Positions 16,163 to 25,134 of a stretch of 30,861 bases of DNA are shown piece after piece. Position numbers and translations under genes: made by a program. The DNA comes from a virus. Taxonomy: Duplodnaviria; Caudoviricetes. The notes under the pieces were generated by a model. It was not told the origin of the DNA. It was given only the letters and a program-made list of their open reading frames with translations, and made no database searches. Within the stretch, counting starts at the first letter, position 1. Every line of letters begins with the position of its first letter. Location: the IMG/VR virus record IMGVR_UViG_3300037309_000307, positions 1-30,861 of that record. One strand, given 5' to 3'.

Positions 16163-16163
16163 G

Positions 16164-16760
16164 TCACTTCACTTCCCGAATGGCGAAGCTCACGCCCTCA
16201 GCGATCCGTCGCCTGTCGATGCTCCAGCCCGGGGCCTGTTCGAGCAGGCCCTCGATGCGCGGGGCGGCCAGCTCGATCGGCGCGTTGTCCGCCGGGCTGA
16301 CGCGCAGCAGCGGGGTGAAGGACAAGATCGCTTCCCCGTCCGCGTCGATCCGGACCGTCGCGGTCGCCTTGTGGAGGTAGGGGCGGGAGCCGGTGAGGAT
16401 CGAGAACCACTTGCCGCGCCGGATCACCCGGCCGACCGTCCCGCCGTCGACCTCAAGGCTGCCGCCGGTCTGGCCCGCGCCCTTGACCAGCAGACTGCCG
16501 GGCGCGCCCTTGGGCCAGCCCGGCTCGGGCACTTTCCACGAAACGCCGTTGCCCAGCCCCTCGGCCAGCGCCGCCGCCCACTCGTCGGCCGAGATCGGGT
16601 CCATCGCCGGCAGGGTGACCACCATCCGCCAGCGGTTGCCGAGCCGGTTGACCCGCTGGTCCGACCCGCCGAGCGGGCTCGACTGGGTCGTGCCGAAATC
16701 GATCAGGCCCCACTCGACGCTGGCCGCGCCGGTGAATTCGGGCAGCGCGATCAGGCTCAT
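16164..16760 (-). CDS. Distal tail protein-like
   Basis: Follows the tape measure gene; SPLGGSDQRVNRLGNRW...TPLLRVSPADN pattern. Confidence 0.7.
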   Translation of the reverse strand: MSLIALPEFTGAASVEWGLIDFGTTQSSPLGGSDQRVNRLGNRWRMVVTLPAMDPISADEWAAALAEGLGNGVSWKVPEPGWPKGAPGSLLVKGAGQTGGSLEVDGGTVGRVIRRGKWFSILTGSRPYLHKATATVRIDADGEAILSFTPLLRVSPADNAPIELAAPRIEGLLEQAPGWSIDRRRIAEGVSFAIREVK

Positions 16761-18937
16761 CCCAGCGAATTCTCGCGATAGGTGCCCATCTGCCCGAAGG
16801 CCCGCGCCGTCGCCTCGCGCGCAACCGGCGCAGCGGCGACCGCAGCGCGCCCGTCAACCCGGCTCCAGAACTCGTCAGAGGGCAGGGTGTAGTAGTTGTT
16901 GACGACAGAGCCCGCGCCGCCGGCGGCGCGCAGCTCGTGATTGGGCACGACGCGGCCCCCGCGAGGGACCTGCAGGATCTCGGGGCCCCGCTCGCCCACC
17001 GTCATCAGCCCGCCCGGGTGGTAGGCGGTGCCGTTGGCGTTGCCGGGGATCCCGCCGAGGAAGCTCTGCACCCCCTTGCCGAACAGCCCCGTGCTGCCGA
17101 GCGAGGTGAACAGCCCGGCGACCCCTTCGAGGATCGAGAGGAAATCGCCGTTCCTGATCCCGTCGACCAGCTTGCGGGTCTCCCCGAGGATGCGGTCGAC
17201 CATCTGCTGGAAGGTCTCGGCAATGCGGACGGTCTGGACTTCGTTGTCGCGGGCGAGGCCGGCCATCGAGGCCTTGATCGCCTCGGTCGCCTCTTCGACC
17301 TTGCGCGCCTCGCCGAGAGGCCCGCCGCCCAGCAGGCCTTCGGAGACGGTCGCCTCGCCCTGGCCTTCGCCGATCAGGCGCAGGCGGGCGCGGCTGCGCA
17401 CGTCTTCGGACAGGCCCGCCCCGTCGAGCAGCGCCAGCTCCTCCGAAAGGCGGCGCGCCTTGGCGAATTCCGGGAACAGCCGGTCGAGCAGCGCGGTGAC
17501 ATCGGCCGCCATCTTGCGGGTGGCGGCGGTGACGTCCTCGGTGGCGCGCTTGGCCGGATCGACCATCAGGCCCCGCAGCCGGGCGAACTCCGCCCCGATC
17601 CGCTCGACCATGTCGGGCACGTAGGAATTGCCGACGACCGCGTCGTACATGTCGAAGAAGAAGCCGGTGACCTGCTCGATCTTCTTGCCGACCCAGTCGA
17701 ACACCGCGCCGAGCCGGTCCTGCAGCCACTGCTTGACGCCCTCGACCAGCTTGGCGATTGCGCCCAGCGCCCCGGCGTGGAGGTTGTACCAGAGCCTCAC
17801 CCCGTCGACGAGCGCGTCGCCAACGTCGCTGAGCGCCGGGGAAACCGTGTCGCTCCACCAGCTGCTGACCGCGCTGCCGACCGAGCCGACGATCCCCTCG
17901 ATCTCGTCCCAGTAATACCAGGCCGCCACGACAGCGGCGACCGCGCCGACCACCAGCCCGAGCGGGGAGAGCAGCAGCGTGTTCATCGCGAGGCCGACCA
18001 CCGAGGCCACCGCCGGAAACCCGCCGAGCGTCGCGATCAGCCCGGCCGCGCCGCTGACCACCGCGCCGATCCCGGCAGCAATCGGGCCGACGACAGCGGC
18101 GATCGCGCCGAGCGCGATCACGGCGGTCTGGACCGGTTCGGGCAGGCTGCCGAACACGTCGAGAATTCCGGTTATCGCAGCGAGGAGCGGGGGCAGAAGG
18201 GGGAGCAGCTTGCCGCCGATCTCCTCCTGGAAATTGCCAAAGGCCTGCGTCAGCGCAGCGCCCGGATCGGCATCGCGCGCGGCCTGCGCCGCACCGCCGA
18301 ACTGCCGTGCAAACTCGCGCAGTATGATGTCTTGTGCTTCGGCGACGCGCCCGGTCTCGACGAGGCTTTTGATGACAGCCTTCTGGTCTTCGGAAAACTG
18401 GATTCCGGCGCGACCAAGTGCAGCGATGCCTTTGACTGGGTCGTTCAGGGCCTTCCCAACCAACAGGGTCGCGGGGGTCAAATCGATGCCGAGCCGGGTT
18501 GCCAAATCCAGCGCGGCTTGCTGAGCGCGGTCGAACTGCTTGCCCGCGATGTTCCCGAAGGTCAGCAGGTTTGCGGTCACCTCGCGCAGGATCTTGTCGT
18601 CGTCGTAAAGCGACTTACCCATCTGGCTTTCGGCCAGCGCCTGCAGCTGCCCGGCGGTCCGGCCCGAAACGTCGCCCATCGAGGCGAGCGCGGCGTTGAC
18701 CTGTCCCAGCGCGTCGGCGCTTTCCTTGGCCGCCTTGACGCTGGCGACCGCAAGGCCGGCCAGCGGCAGGGTCACCGCCAGGCTCATCTTCTGGCCGAAG
18801 TCGGCGATCTCCTGCCCGCGCCGCTGGATCGCCTTGGTGGTCTTGGCGACGTCGCGCTCCGACCGGGCGAGGCCCTCCTGCAGGATGCCGTGCTCGACCG
18901 CGAGCCGGATCAGCAGCGAACCGATCTTGATCGCCAT
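16757..18937 (-). CDS. Tail tape measure protein
   Basis: 726 aa Ala-rich helical protein; IGSLLIRL start, GKALNDPVKG, VVGNSYVPDMV, VGERGPEI...VVPNH. Confidence 0.92.
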   Translation of the reverse strand: MAIKIGSLLIRLAVEHGILQEGLARSERDVAKTTKAIQRRGQEIADFGQKMSLAVTLPLAGLAVASVKAAKESADALGQVNAALASMGDVSGRTAGQLQALAESQMGKSLYDDDKILREVTANLLTFGNIAGKQFDRAQQAALDLATRLGIDLTPATLLVGKALNDPVKGIAALGRAGIQFSEDQKAVIKSLVETGRVAEAQDIILREFARQFGGAAQAARDADPGAALTQAFGNFQEEIGGKLLPLLPPLLAAITGILDVFGSLPEPVQTAVIALGAIAAVVGPIAAGIGAVVSGAAGLIATLGGFPAVASVVGLAMNTLLLSPLGLVVGAVAAVVAAWYYWDEIEGIVGSVGSAVSSWWSDTVSPALSDVGDALVDGVRLWYNLHAGALGAIAKLVEGVKQWLQDRLGAVFDWVGKKIEQVTGFFFDMYDAVVGNSYVPDMVERIGAEFARLRGLMVDPAKRATEDVTAATRKMAADVTALLDRLFPEFAKARRLSEELALLDGAGLSEDVRSRARLRLIGEGQGEATVSEGLLGGGPLGEARKVEEATEAIKASMAGLARDNEVQTVRIAETFQQMVDRILGETRKLVDGIRNGDFLSILEGVAGLFTSLGSTGLFGKGVQSFLGGIPGNANGTAYHPGGLMTVGERGPEILQVPRGGRVVPNHELRAAGGAGSVVNNYYTLPSDEFWSRVDGRAAVAAAPVAREATARAFGQMGTYRENSLG

Positions 18938-18941
18938 CGCG

Positions 18942-19325
18942 CTAACCCTCCACTTTCCTGATCGTGATGCTCGCCCCCCGCGCCTGCGCGTCCTGCAGGG
19001 CGAGGATCATGTCGCGCACGCTGCGCGGTTTCGGCGGCCGGACGCCCTCCAGCCACCGCTCGAGCGGCCCCAGCTTGCCCGCGCCGGCCATCACCCGCAT
19101 CTGCGCGGCGAGGTAGTCGGAGAGCACCTGGTCCTCGAGCCGCGCCTGCCGGGCCTTCGCATCGCCCTGCATCGCCGCGGCGAAGCTCGCCGGGGTCTGC
19201 CGCCAGAACTCGGCCTCGGTCCGCCCGGAGGCGAGCCAGCGGCCGAGCAGGTCTAGCCACGCGCGGCGCCGGTCCTCCGCGCTTTCCGGTTCGGCGCCGG
19301 GGCCGGGGCCGCTTTCGCGTTTCCC
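18942..19325 (-). CDS. Tail assembly chaperone T portion (expressed as GT fusion via -1 frameshift)
   Basis: The -1 frame is open from slippery GGGAAAC (19319-19325) through WLDLLGRWLASGRTEAEFWRQTP into ORF 18942-19172. Confidence 0.78.
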   Translation of the reverse strand, partial: GKRESGPGPGAEPESAEDRRRAWLDLLGRWLASGRTEAEFWRQTPASFAAAMQGDAKARQARLEDQVLSDYLAAQMRVMAGAGKLGPLERWLEGVRPPKPRSVRDMILALQDAQARGASITIRKVEG

Positions 19326-19684
19326 TCCTCACCCGTGTCGGCGCCGAGACCCTTGGCAATCGCCCAGAGAACGACGCCCATCGCCTCCTGCAATCCGATG
19401 TCGCCGATGATCTCGCCGACCTCATCCAGCGTCAGCTGATGCTGCCCTGCCAGCGCGTGGAACAGGATCAGGCGGATGCGCGAATTGTGGCGGTTGCCGA
19501 GCGCGGCGAGCACCTTGGCCGGATCGGCGCGGTCATCCTGGTCGAGCTGGGCGAGGAACGGCGCGGCAACAGCGTAGAAGCTCTCGCCGGTCTCCTCCTC
19601 GATCGCGCAGGTCGCGTTGAAATCGAGCCGCGCGATCCACTCCACGCCGAGCGCCGTGAACCGCTTCTCGTCGAGCCGGCTCAT
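19253..19684 (-). CDS. Tail assembly chaperone G
   Basis: Between tail tube and tape measure; RLDFNATCAIEEETG; EEGN slippery codons near the C-terminus. Confidence 0.8.
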   Translation of the reverse strand: MSRLDEKRFTALGVEWIARLDFNATCAIEEETGESFYAVAAPFLAQLDQDDRADPAKVLAALGNRHNSRIRLILFHALAGQHQLTLDEVGEIIGDIGLQEAMGVVLWAIAKGLGADTGEEGNAKAAPAPAPNRKARRTGAARG

Positions 19685-20121
19685 CAGGCAGCCTCGTCGA
19701 TCGTCGCCGCGTCAACCGGCTTCAGGGTGATCTCGAAGGTGCGCTTGGCATCCTTCGGGTTCATCCGCTTGAGGTTGTAGAACAGCGCGGTGCCTTCGCA
19801 CCAATAGGTGTCGGCCCCTTCCTTCAGCACGATCCGGTAGGCGAGCGCGCCCTCCTCGTCGTCGGCCGCCTGCAGCAGCTCGTCGGAGGCCGAGTTGATG
19901 ACGTAGTTCCCGCGGATCGTCACCGGCACGCCGTCCTTCAGCGGGAGCTTCTTCCACTCCTTGAACCCCACGGTGTCGTAGCTCGAGGTTTCGTAAAGCT
20001 CGCGCTCGGACGAGGTCGGCAGCTCGGGGATGTCGTCCACCTCGGCGACCTTGACGAGGCCGCTGCCGAGGTTGATCCACAGCTCGGAGCCGTGGCCGTG
20101 GGTTGCTTTCGAAAGAGGCAT
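19684..20121 (-). CDS. Major tail tube protein
   Basis: 145 aa; ETSSYD...KEWKKLPLKDG pattern; follows the tail terminator; GGAG RBS. Confidence 0.8.
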   Translation of the reverse strand: MPLSKATHGHGSELWINLGSGLVKVAEVDDIPELPTSSERELYETSSYDTVGFKEWKKLPLKDGVPVTIRGNYVINSASDELLQAADDEEGALAYRIVLKEGADTYWCEGTALFYNLKRMNPKDAKRTFEITLKPVDAATIDEAA

Positions 20122-20131
20122 TGCTGGTCTC

Positions 20132-20524
20132 CTAGTTGTGCCAGATGATCAGATCGGCGCGAGCGCGGTTGCGGCGGCCGGTGGGGGTGCGTTCGGAATC
20201 GCTGCCGCCGTTGTCGACGAAGCTGCGCAGGAAGGTCGTGCCGCCCTGCTCGGCGAAGCGGACGAGCGCCTCGACCGCCGCGTCGAGCAGCGCGTCGGCC
20301 TCCCTCGCGGTCATGGCGATCGCGTTGACCTGCACCCGCGTGCCCCGGAAGGCGTCGAAGCCATCGTGGGTCTGCGGGCGCGGGTCGCTGATCACCTGCA
20401 GCATCAGCGCCGGCAGGGGCGTGTCGGGGGCAAGAGCGTCCCACTCGACTGCGTCGGCCGCGATGATCGCCATCACCGCCGGATCGCCCAGCAGCCGGGC
20501 GGCGGTGTCCTCTTTCCAGCTCAC
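20132..20524 (-). CDS. Tail terminator/completion protein (DUF3168-like)
   Basis: LLGDPAVMAII...LPALMLQVISDPR...TRVQVNA; position after the gp10-like gene. Confidence 0.8.
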   Translation of the reverse strand: MSWKEDTAARLLGDPAVMAIIAADAVEWDALAPDTPLPALMLQVISDPRPQTHDGFDAFRGTRVQVNAIAMTAREADALLDAAVEALVRFAEQGGTTFLRSFVDNGGSDSERTPTGRRNRARADLIIWHN

Positions 20525-21018
20525 GCGCCGCCTCGCTTCTTCGCAAGGCGCGCGGCGAGCCGCTCGATGTGGATGCCCGCCACCTGGGCGAAGCGGCGAA
20601 TCGTGGCCTCGCCTTCTGCGTCGAACCCGCGGCGGAATGCCGGATTGGCAGACTGGCCGGGGCGACCGAACTCATCGATCACCGCGACGCCTGCCACGCC
20701 GGGGTCGCGATATGTCCCGCCGCGCCCATTGTCGGACTTCGTCTTTCGAGTCACGATCGTGGCAGGCTGCTCGTTAATGTCGACGCCGATCACGATCCCG
20801 AACTCCGGGCTATCTAGCCGTTCGCCCTTGGCCGCTGCGATCTTGATCGATCGACGGTAATCGCCCTTGTCTATCGAGACGCCGTTCTTGATCGCGTCGC
20901 GCATCGGCAGGGCCGCCGCGCGCAGGGCACCGCGCAGGGCGCTCCTGATCGCGCGCGGCTCTCCCAACGCCCGCAGGCTCGCCTGAAGATCGGCGAGCCC
21001 GGAGACCTCGATCTTCAT
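20521..21018 (-). CDS. HK97 gp10-family neck protein
   Basis: IEVSGLADLQASLRAL...EFG...ANPAFRRGFD. Confidence 0.8.
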   Translation of the reverse strand: MKIEVSGLADLQASLRALGEPRAIRSALRGALRAAALPMRDAIKNGVSIDKGDYRRSIKIAAAKGERLDSPEFGIVIGVDINEQPATIVTRKTKSDNGRGGTYRDPGVAGVAVIDEFGRPGQSANPAFRRGFDAEGEATIRRFAQVAGIHIERLAARLAKKRGGA

Positions 21019-21034
21019 GGTCGCGCCGCCGCTA

Positions 21035-21448
21035 TCAGGCCAGCGCCGCGCCGGCGGGGTTGATGCCGATCCGCAGGACGCTGGTCGACTCGGCGATGCC
21101 CAGCAGCACCGGGAAGTCGCCGGTGGCCAGATCGGCGACCGGCGCGATCCCGCCCGGGTTGGGCGAGAGGTAGTAGGCCACGCCCGCCGTCATCACCGCG
21201 CCGAGCGCGATCTCGCCGTCGTACTGCACCGCCAGCGGCTGACCATTTGCTGCACCGTTGAGCGCGATGCCGGCCACCTCGCGCACCGCCGCCGAGGCGT
21301 TGTCGCAATCGGCCAGCTTGAACCGCTGGTCGACGGGATCGAGGTAGACGGTCTGTCCGGCGGCAACGGTCGCGCCGGCCTTGCCGTGCCGGATGCGCGC
21401 GCCGCTGCCCGACAGGACGTTGGCAGGAGTGATGGTGAGATCGGCCAT
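21035..21448 (-). CDS. Structural protein (capsid cement/head fibre-like)
   Basis: AGATVAAGQTVYLD...LADCD...GIALNGA...YYLS pattern; strong GAGGAG RBS. Confidence 0.65.
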   Translation of the reverse strand: MADLTITPANVLSGSGARIRHGKAGATVAAGQTVYLDPVDQRFKLADCDNASAAVREVAGIALNGAANGQPLAVQYDGEIALGAVMTAGVAYYLSPNPGGIAPVADLATGDFPVLLGIAESTSVLRIGINPAGAALA

Positions 21449-21489
21449 GATGAACGCTCCTCAGGTGGCGGGAAACCCGCGAGAAATTG

Positions 21490-21834
21490 TTAGGGCTCGA
21501 ATGCCTCGCCGGTCCCTTCGACCAGCAGCTCCACGCCTTCGCGGCGCTGAATCTCCAGCGGGGGCTGGATCAGCTCGTACCGCTCGCCGTCGATCACGCA
21601 GCCGTCGGCCGCGGTGAGGGTGCGGGACACGCTGTCGCGGCGCAGCCAGAGCGAATAGCGCGCGAAGCTGCGGCGCCCCTCGGCTTCGGCGCGCTCGCCG
21701 CCGGGCAGCGGCTTGCGGGAACACCAGCGCGGATTGCCCAGCGCCTGCCAGGTCTCGACCCGCTGCAGCCCGTCGTGCGTCACGACCCGGCGCAGCAGCT
21801 GCACCTTGCGATCGAACGCGCCGGACTTGAGCAC
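21490..21834 (-). CDS. Head closure/head-tail adaptor (SPP1 gp16-like)
   Basis: GAFDRKVQLLR...W...GGERAEA...RREGVELL. Confidence 0.8.
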   Translation of the reverse strand: MLKSGAFDRKVQLLRRVVTHDGLQRVETWQALGNPRWCSRKPLPGGERAEAEGRRSFARYSLWLRRDSVSRTLTAADGCVIDGERYELIQPPLEIQRREGVELLVEGTGEAFEP

Positions 21835-21835
21835 C

Positions 21836-22432
21836 TCAGCCCCCGAAATCGCGCATCGCGGCGATTGTCTGGCGCAGGCCCCACGGGACCTCGGTCACGA
21901 TGTTGCCGACGTTGACCGCCTCGCGCGTGGCGTACCAGTGCGCGATCAGCTGCAGCGCGGCGACCTGGAACGGCTCGGGCACGTCGGCCGGGGTGCCACC
22001 GTAACCGGCGGTCCAGGTCACGGTGACAGCGTCGGGCCGCGTCGCCGGCAGCGGCCAGGCGAGCCCGTCCTGCAGCTCAAGCGCCGGGCCGAGGCCGAGG
22101 CTGACCAGGTGGAACCCGGTGAAGCTCTGCGTGCCGCCGAGCTGGTCGACGTAGCTGATCGCGGGCGTGCCCTGCACCGGGCCCAGCGGGATCGGCAGAT
22201 CGTCGCCGTAGGGAAAATCGGAGAACCGCTGACGCCACTCCTGCGTGATCAGCGCCCGGCCGAGCAGCCCGCCATAGCCGTCGAGGTGATGGCTGGCGCT
22301 GGCGATCAGCGTGCCGAGGGTCGCGTCCTCCCCGGTCTCGTCCGCCTCGATCCGCAGAAATTCCTTCACCGCGGCGAGCGTGACGATGCCCGAGGCCGGA
22401 GCGGTCACCCGCTCCGGCCGTTGTGCGCGCAT
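21836..22432 (-). CDS. Head-tail connector (gp6-like)
   Basis: VTLAAVKEFLRIE...GRALITQEW...AGYG...LIAHWYATREAV. Confidence 0.88.
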   Translation of the reverse strand: MRAQRPERVTAPASGIVTLAAVKEFLRIEADETGEDATLGTLIASASHHLDGYGGLLGRALITQEWRQRFSDFPYGDDLPIPLGPVQGTPAISYVDQLGGTQSFTGFHLVSLGLGPALELQDGLAWPLPATRPDAVTVTWTAGYGGTPADVPEPFQVAALQLIAHWYATREAVNVGNIVTEVPWGLRQTIAAMRDFGG

Positions 22433-22435
22433 CGG

Positions 22436-22870
22436 TTAGTCGCTGACGCGCTCGAGGTCGAGCACGGTGCTGTGGTTGGTCACCGGCACCCGGCGCGGCT
22501 TTAGGATCGCGATGATCGGGCCGTAGGCGATGTTGGCCGTGGCCGAGGCGCGGACCGCCTGCAGGAACCGCTTGGCCGGTCGGGCGATCTCGACGATCAG
22601 CAGCTTGTCGTTGATGTCGTCGTTCACCGCGCAGGTGGCAGTCGCGGCCGAGCCGGTGATCGCCGCCATGCCGCTGTCGCTGTCGACATCGTTCGCCTCG
22701 ACGGTCAGGGTGGCGACGCCGGTGGCGACGCTGTCGGTCACCGTCGCGATGAAGGTGACGCTCTCGTAATCCGCCATGTCGATGCGGTCGGAGTTGCTGT
22801 CGATCGTCGCGCCGGCGGCAACAGGCGCGCCGACTTCGCGGATCTCGAAGTTTTGGGTGAAGTTGTGCAT
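22436..22870 (-). CDS. Putative capsid decoration protein
   Basis: GGAGG RBS before MHNF; IDMADYESVTF...KRFLQA beta-sandwich-like protein directly after the capsid gene. Confidence 0.65.
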   Translation of the reverse strand: MHNFTQNFEIREVGAPVAAGATIDSNSDRIDMADYESVTFIATVTDSVATGVATLTVEANDVDSDSGMAAITGSAATATCAVNDDINDKLLIVEIARPAKRFLQAVRASATANIAYGPIIAILKPRRVPVTNHSTVLDLERVSD

Positions 22871-22894
22871 GGGTGCCTCCAATGGGCGAGAGGG

Positions 22895-22947
22895 AAACGA
22901 TACAAACGAGACAAACGAAACAGGGGCGACGCGCGCGGCGCCGCCCC
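22895..22947 (-). terminator. Intrinsic terminator/attenuator after the capsid gene, with a 3x9-bp repeat
   Basis: Minus strand GGGGCGGCGC-5nt-GCGTCGCCCC, then TGTTTCGTTTGTCTCGTTTGTATCGTTT. Confidence 0.55.
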
Positions 22948-22967
22948 CGGTTTTGTCGGGCCCGGCC

Positions 22968-24374
22968 TCAGGCGGCCGAGAACTTCATCGCCTTGATCGC
23001 CTCGAAGTTCACGACGGCACCGCCGACGCGGCGGGTCGAGTAGAACTTCACGAACGGCTTGGTGGTGAAGGGATCGCGCACGGTGCGGGTGCCCTGACGG
23101 TCGACGATCTGGTAGCCCTCGTTGAAGTTGCCGAACCACAGCGACAGCGAGCCGGTCCCCGGCGCGGCAAGATCCTCGGCGCGCACGATCGGGAAGCCGG
23201 CCAGCTGCTCGGGCTCACCCAGCACAAGGCTCGGCTGCCAGAGGTACTGGCCCTGCCCGTCCTTGAACTTGCGGATCAGCGTGACGACCTGCCGCTTGGT
23301 GACGAAGTTCGCCCCCTGCAGGTAGGCCGACTTGAGCAGGCCGATCAGATCGTGGATGCGATCGGCGGGGTTGGAACCGGCAAAAGCCCCGTCGGCGCCC
23401 GAGAGCACGTGGCCGATCGTCCCCCAGCTGACTCCGCTGCCGTCATCGAGAGCAGTGCCGTAGTTGGCGAAACCGCGCGGCTTGCGGATCCCGTTGCCGG
23501 TCACGAAGGCGCCGTTCTCGATCCGGCCGAAGCGCATGCCGACCTTGTCGCCCAGCCAGGCCTCGACGTTCACCGAGGCGTCGTCGAGCAGCTTCTGGGT
23601 CGCACGCGGTTCGGCGTACATTTCGTGCACCGGGATTTCCCACTCGCCGAGCTTCGGGGTCGTGGTCTCGGAGCGCGCCTCGGTTTCGCCGACCCAGCCC
23701 GCGCCGGCCTCTTCGAGGTCCTCGGACCCTTCGAGCTTGTCGGTCGAGATGGTCTGGACGTTGGCGATGCGGCGGATGTCGCTGGTCTCGAAGATCTTCT
23801 TGACCATCCGGCCGGTGGTGTCCGGGGTGACGAGGTAGCCGCCGTCAGCGTCCGAGCCGACCGACATCGCCTTCAGCTCGTCCGCGTCGAGCGAGTCCTT
23901 GCCGTAGCGCAGCTCCTTGGCGCGGGCCTTGCGGTAATCCTCGAGGCCCTTGTGATCGAGCGGGGTGAAGTCACGCCGGCGATCGGCGGCGAGCGCAGCC
24001 ATCGCAAGGTTGACTTCCTTGAGCTCCAGCTCAGCCTTGGCACCGTCACCGTCGCCCTTGACGTTGTGGCGCTGCAGGCGGAGTTCGAGATCCTCGCGCT
24101 CCTTGCGCTCGGCCGCGATGGACGCTTCCAGCGCGGTCTTGGCTTCGGTCAGCTTGTTCAGATCGGCGTCGATCTTGCTGAGCTGCTCGGTGGTGAGCCC
24201 GTCGGGCCGGCCCTTCTTCAGCTCGGCGATCTCGCGCTCGTGGGTGGCCTTGAACGCCTCGACCGCCTCGGCGATCTGCTTGATAGCGACGGCGGGATCG
24301 GCGGGGAGGCCCGCATCCTTCTGTTCGAAGGGCGCGTCGGAGCGTTCCTGCTCCAGCAGGTTCTTGGTCTTCAT
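22968..24374 (-). CDS. Major capsid protein, HK97 fold, with N-terminal coiled-coil delta domain
   Basis: DGGYLVTP, AGWVGETEAR, FVTGNGIRKPRG, GQYLWQPS, RRVGGAV; AAAGGA RBS before MKTKN. Confidence 0.95.
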   Translation of the reverse strand: MKTKNLLEQERSDAPFEQKDAGLPADPAVAIKQIAEAVEAFKATHEREIAELKKGRPDGLTTEQLSKIDADLNKLTEAKTALEASIAAERKEREDLELRLQRHNVKGDGDGAKAELELKEVNLAMAALAADRRRDFTPLDHKGLEDYRKARAKELRYGKDSLDADELKAMSVGSDADGGYLVTPDTTGRMVKKIFETSDIRRIANVQTISTDKLEGSEDLEEAGAGWVGETEARSETTTPKLGEWEIPVHEMYAEPRATQKLLDDASVNVEAWLGDKVGMRFGRIENGAFVTGNGIRKPRGFANYGTALDDGSGVSWGTIGHVLSGADGAFAGSNPADRIHDLIGLLKSAYLQGANFVTKRQVVTLIRKFKDGQGQYLWQPSLVLGEPEQLAGFPIVRAEDLAAPGTGSLSLWFGNFNEGYQIVDRQGTRTVRDPFTTKPFVKFYSTRRVGGAVVNFEAIKAMKFSAA

Positions 24375-24402
24375 GAGATCGGTCCTTTCGGGGGGTGGAG
24401 GG

Positions 24403-25134
24403 TCAGCCGCCCTGCAGTGCACGCAGCAGGTCGGCGGTCGCGTCGTTCAGACGCTGGAGCTGATCATCACCCTCCCGGTGATCGATCGCCGTGAAGCCCT
24501 TGGCGACGATCGCCTTGGCCTCGTTCGAGGAGAAGCCCGCATCCCGCAGGGCGCTCTCCGCATCTCGGATGGTCAGCCCGCCGCCCGACTTGATCGAGCC
24601 GATGCGGGCCTTGGGGTTGGCCGGAAAGGTGACGAGGCTGATCTCGACCAGCTCGACCTCGTGCAGCGTCCGGCGCGGTTCCTCGGGCTTGGTGCCCATC
24701 GTGAACTTCTTGGCGCGGTAGCCGATCGACAGCCCGGTCAGCGCCGGCCGCGGCTTCATCTTCATCAGGCCCAGCGCTTCATTCCCGCGCTGGGTATCGG
24801 CGATCACCCCGGTGACGAGCAGGCCGTTGTCGTCCTCGTCCATCTCGGTGTAGATCCCGACCGGCGTGAGATCGTCGGCCGACATCGCCCACCCGCCGTG
24901 CTGCATCAGCATCGCCGGCCAGTTGCCGGTGCGCTTTGCCTCGCGGATGGTTTTCTTGAAGGCGCCCTTCTCGATCACGTCGCCGTAGGAATCGAGGTTG
25001 CCGAACACCGCGCCATAGCCGGTGAAGGTGCGCCCCTCCTGCCCCTCGTCCCCGGCGAACTTCACCTCGCGGAGCGGAAACTCGCTGCGCTGGATCCCGC
25101 CCGACTTCACTTCGATCAGGCCACGGTCATGCAT
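24403..25134 (-). CDS. HK97-family prohead protease
   Basis: FTGYGAVFGNLDSYGDVIEKGAF, MLMQH, GLSIGY, EISLVTFPAN; start placed at the ATG following GAGGA (alternative start 25152). Confidence 0.92.
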   Translation of the reverse strand: MHDRGLIEVKSGGIQRSEFPLREVKFAGDEGQEGRTFTGYGAVFGNLDSYGDVIEKGAFKKTIREAKRTGNWPAMLMQHGGWAMSADDLTPVGIYTEMDEDDNGLLVTGVIADTQRGNEALGLMKMKPRPALTGLSIGYRAKKFTMGTKPEEPRRTLHEVELVEISLVTFPANPKARIGSIKSGGGLTIRDAESALRDAGFSSNEAKAIVAKGFTAIDHREGDDQLQRLNDATADLLRALQGG

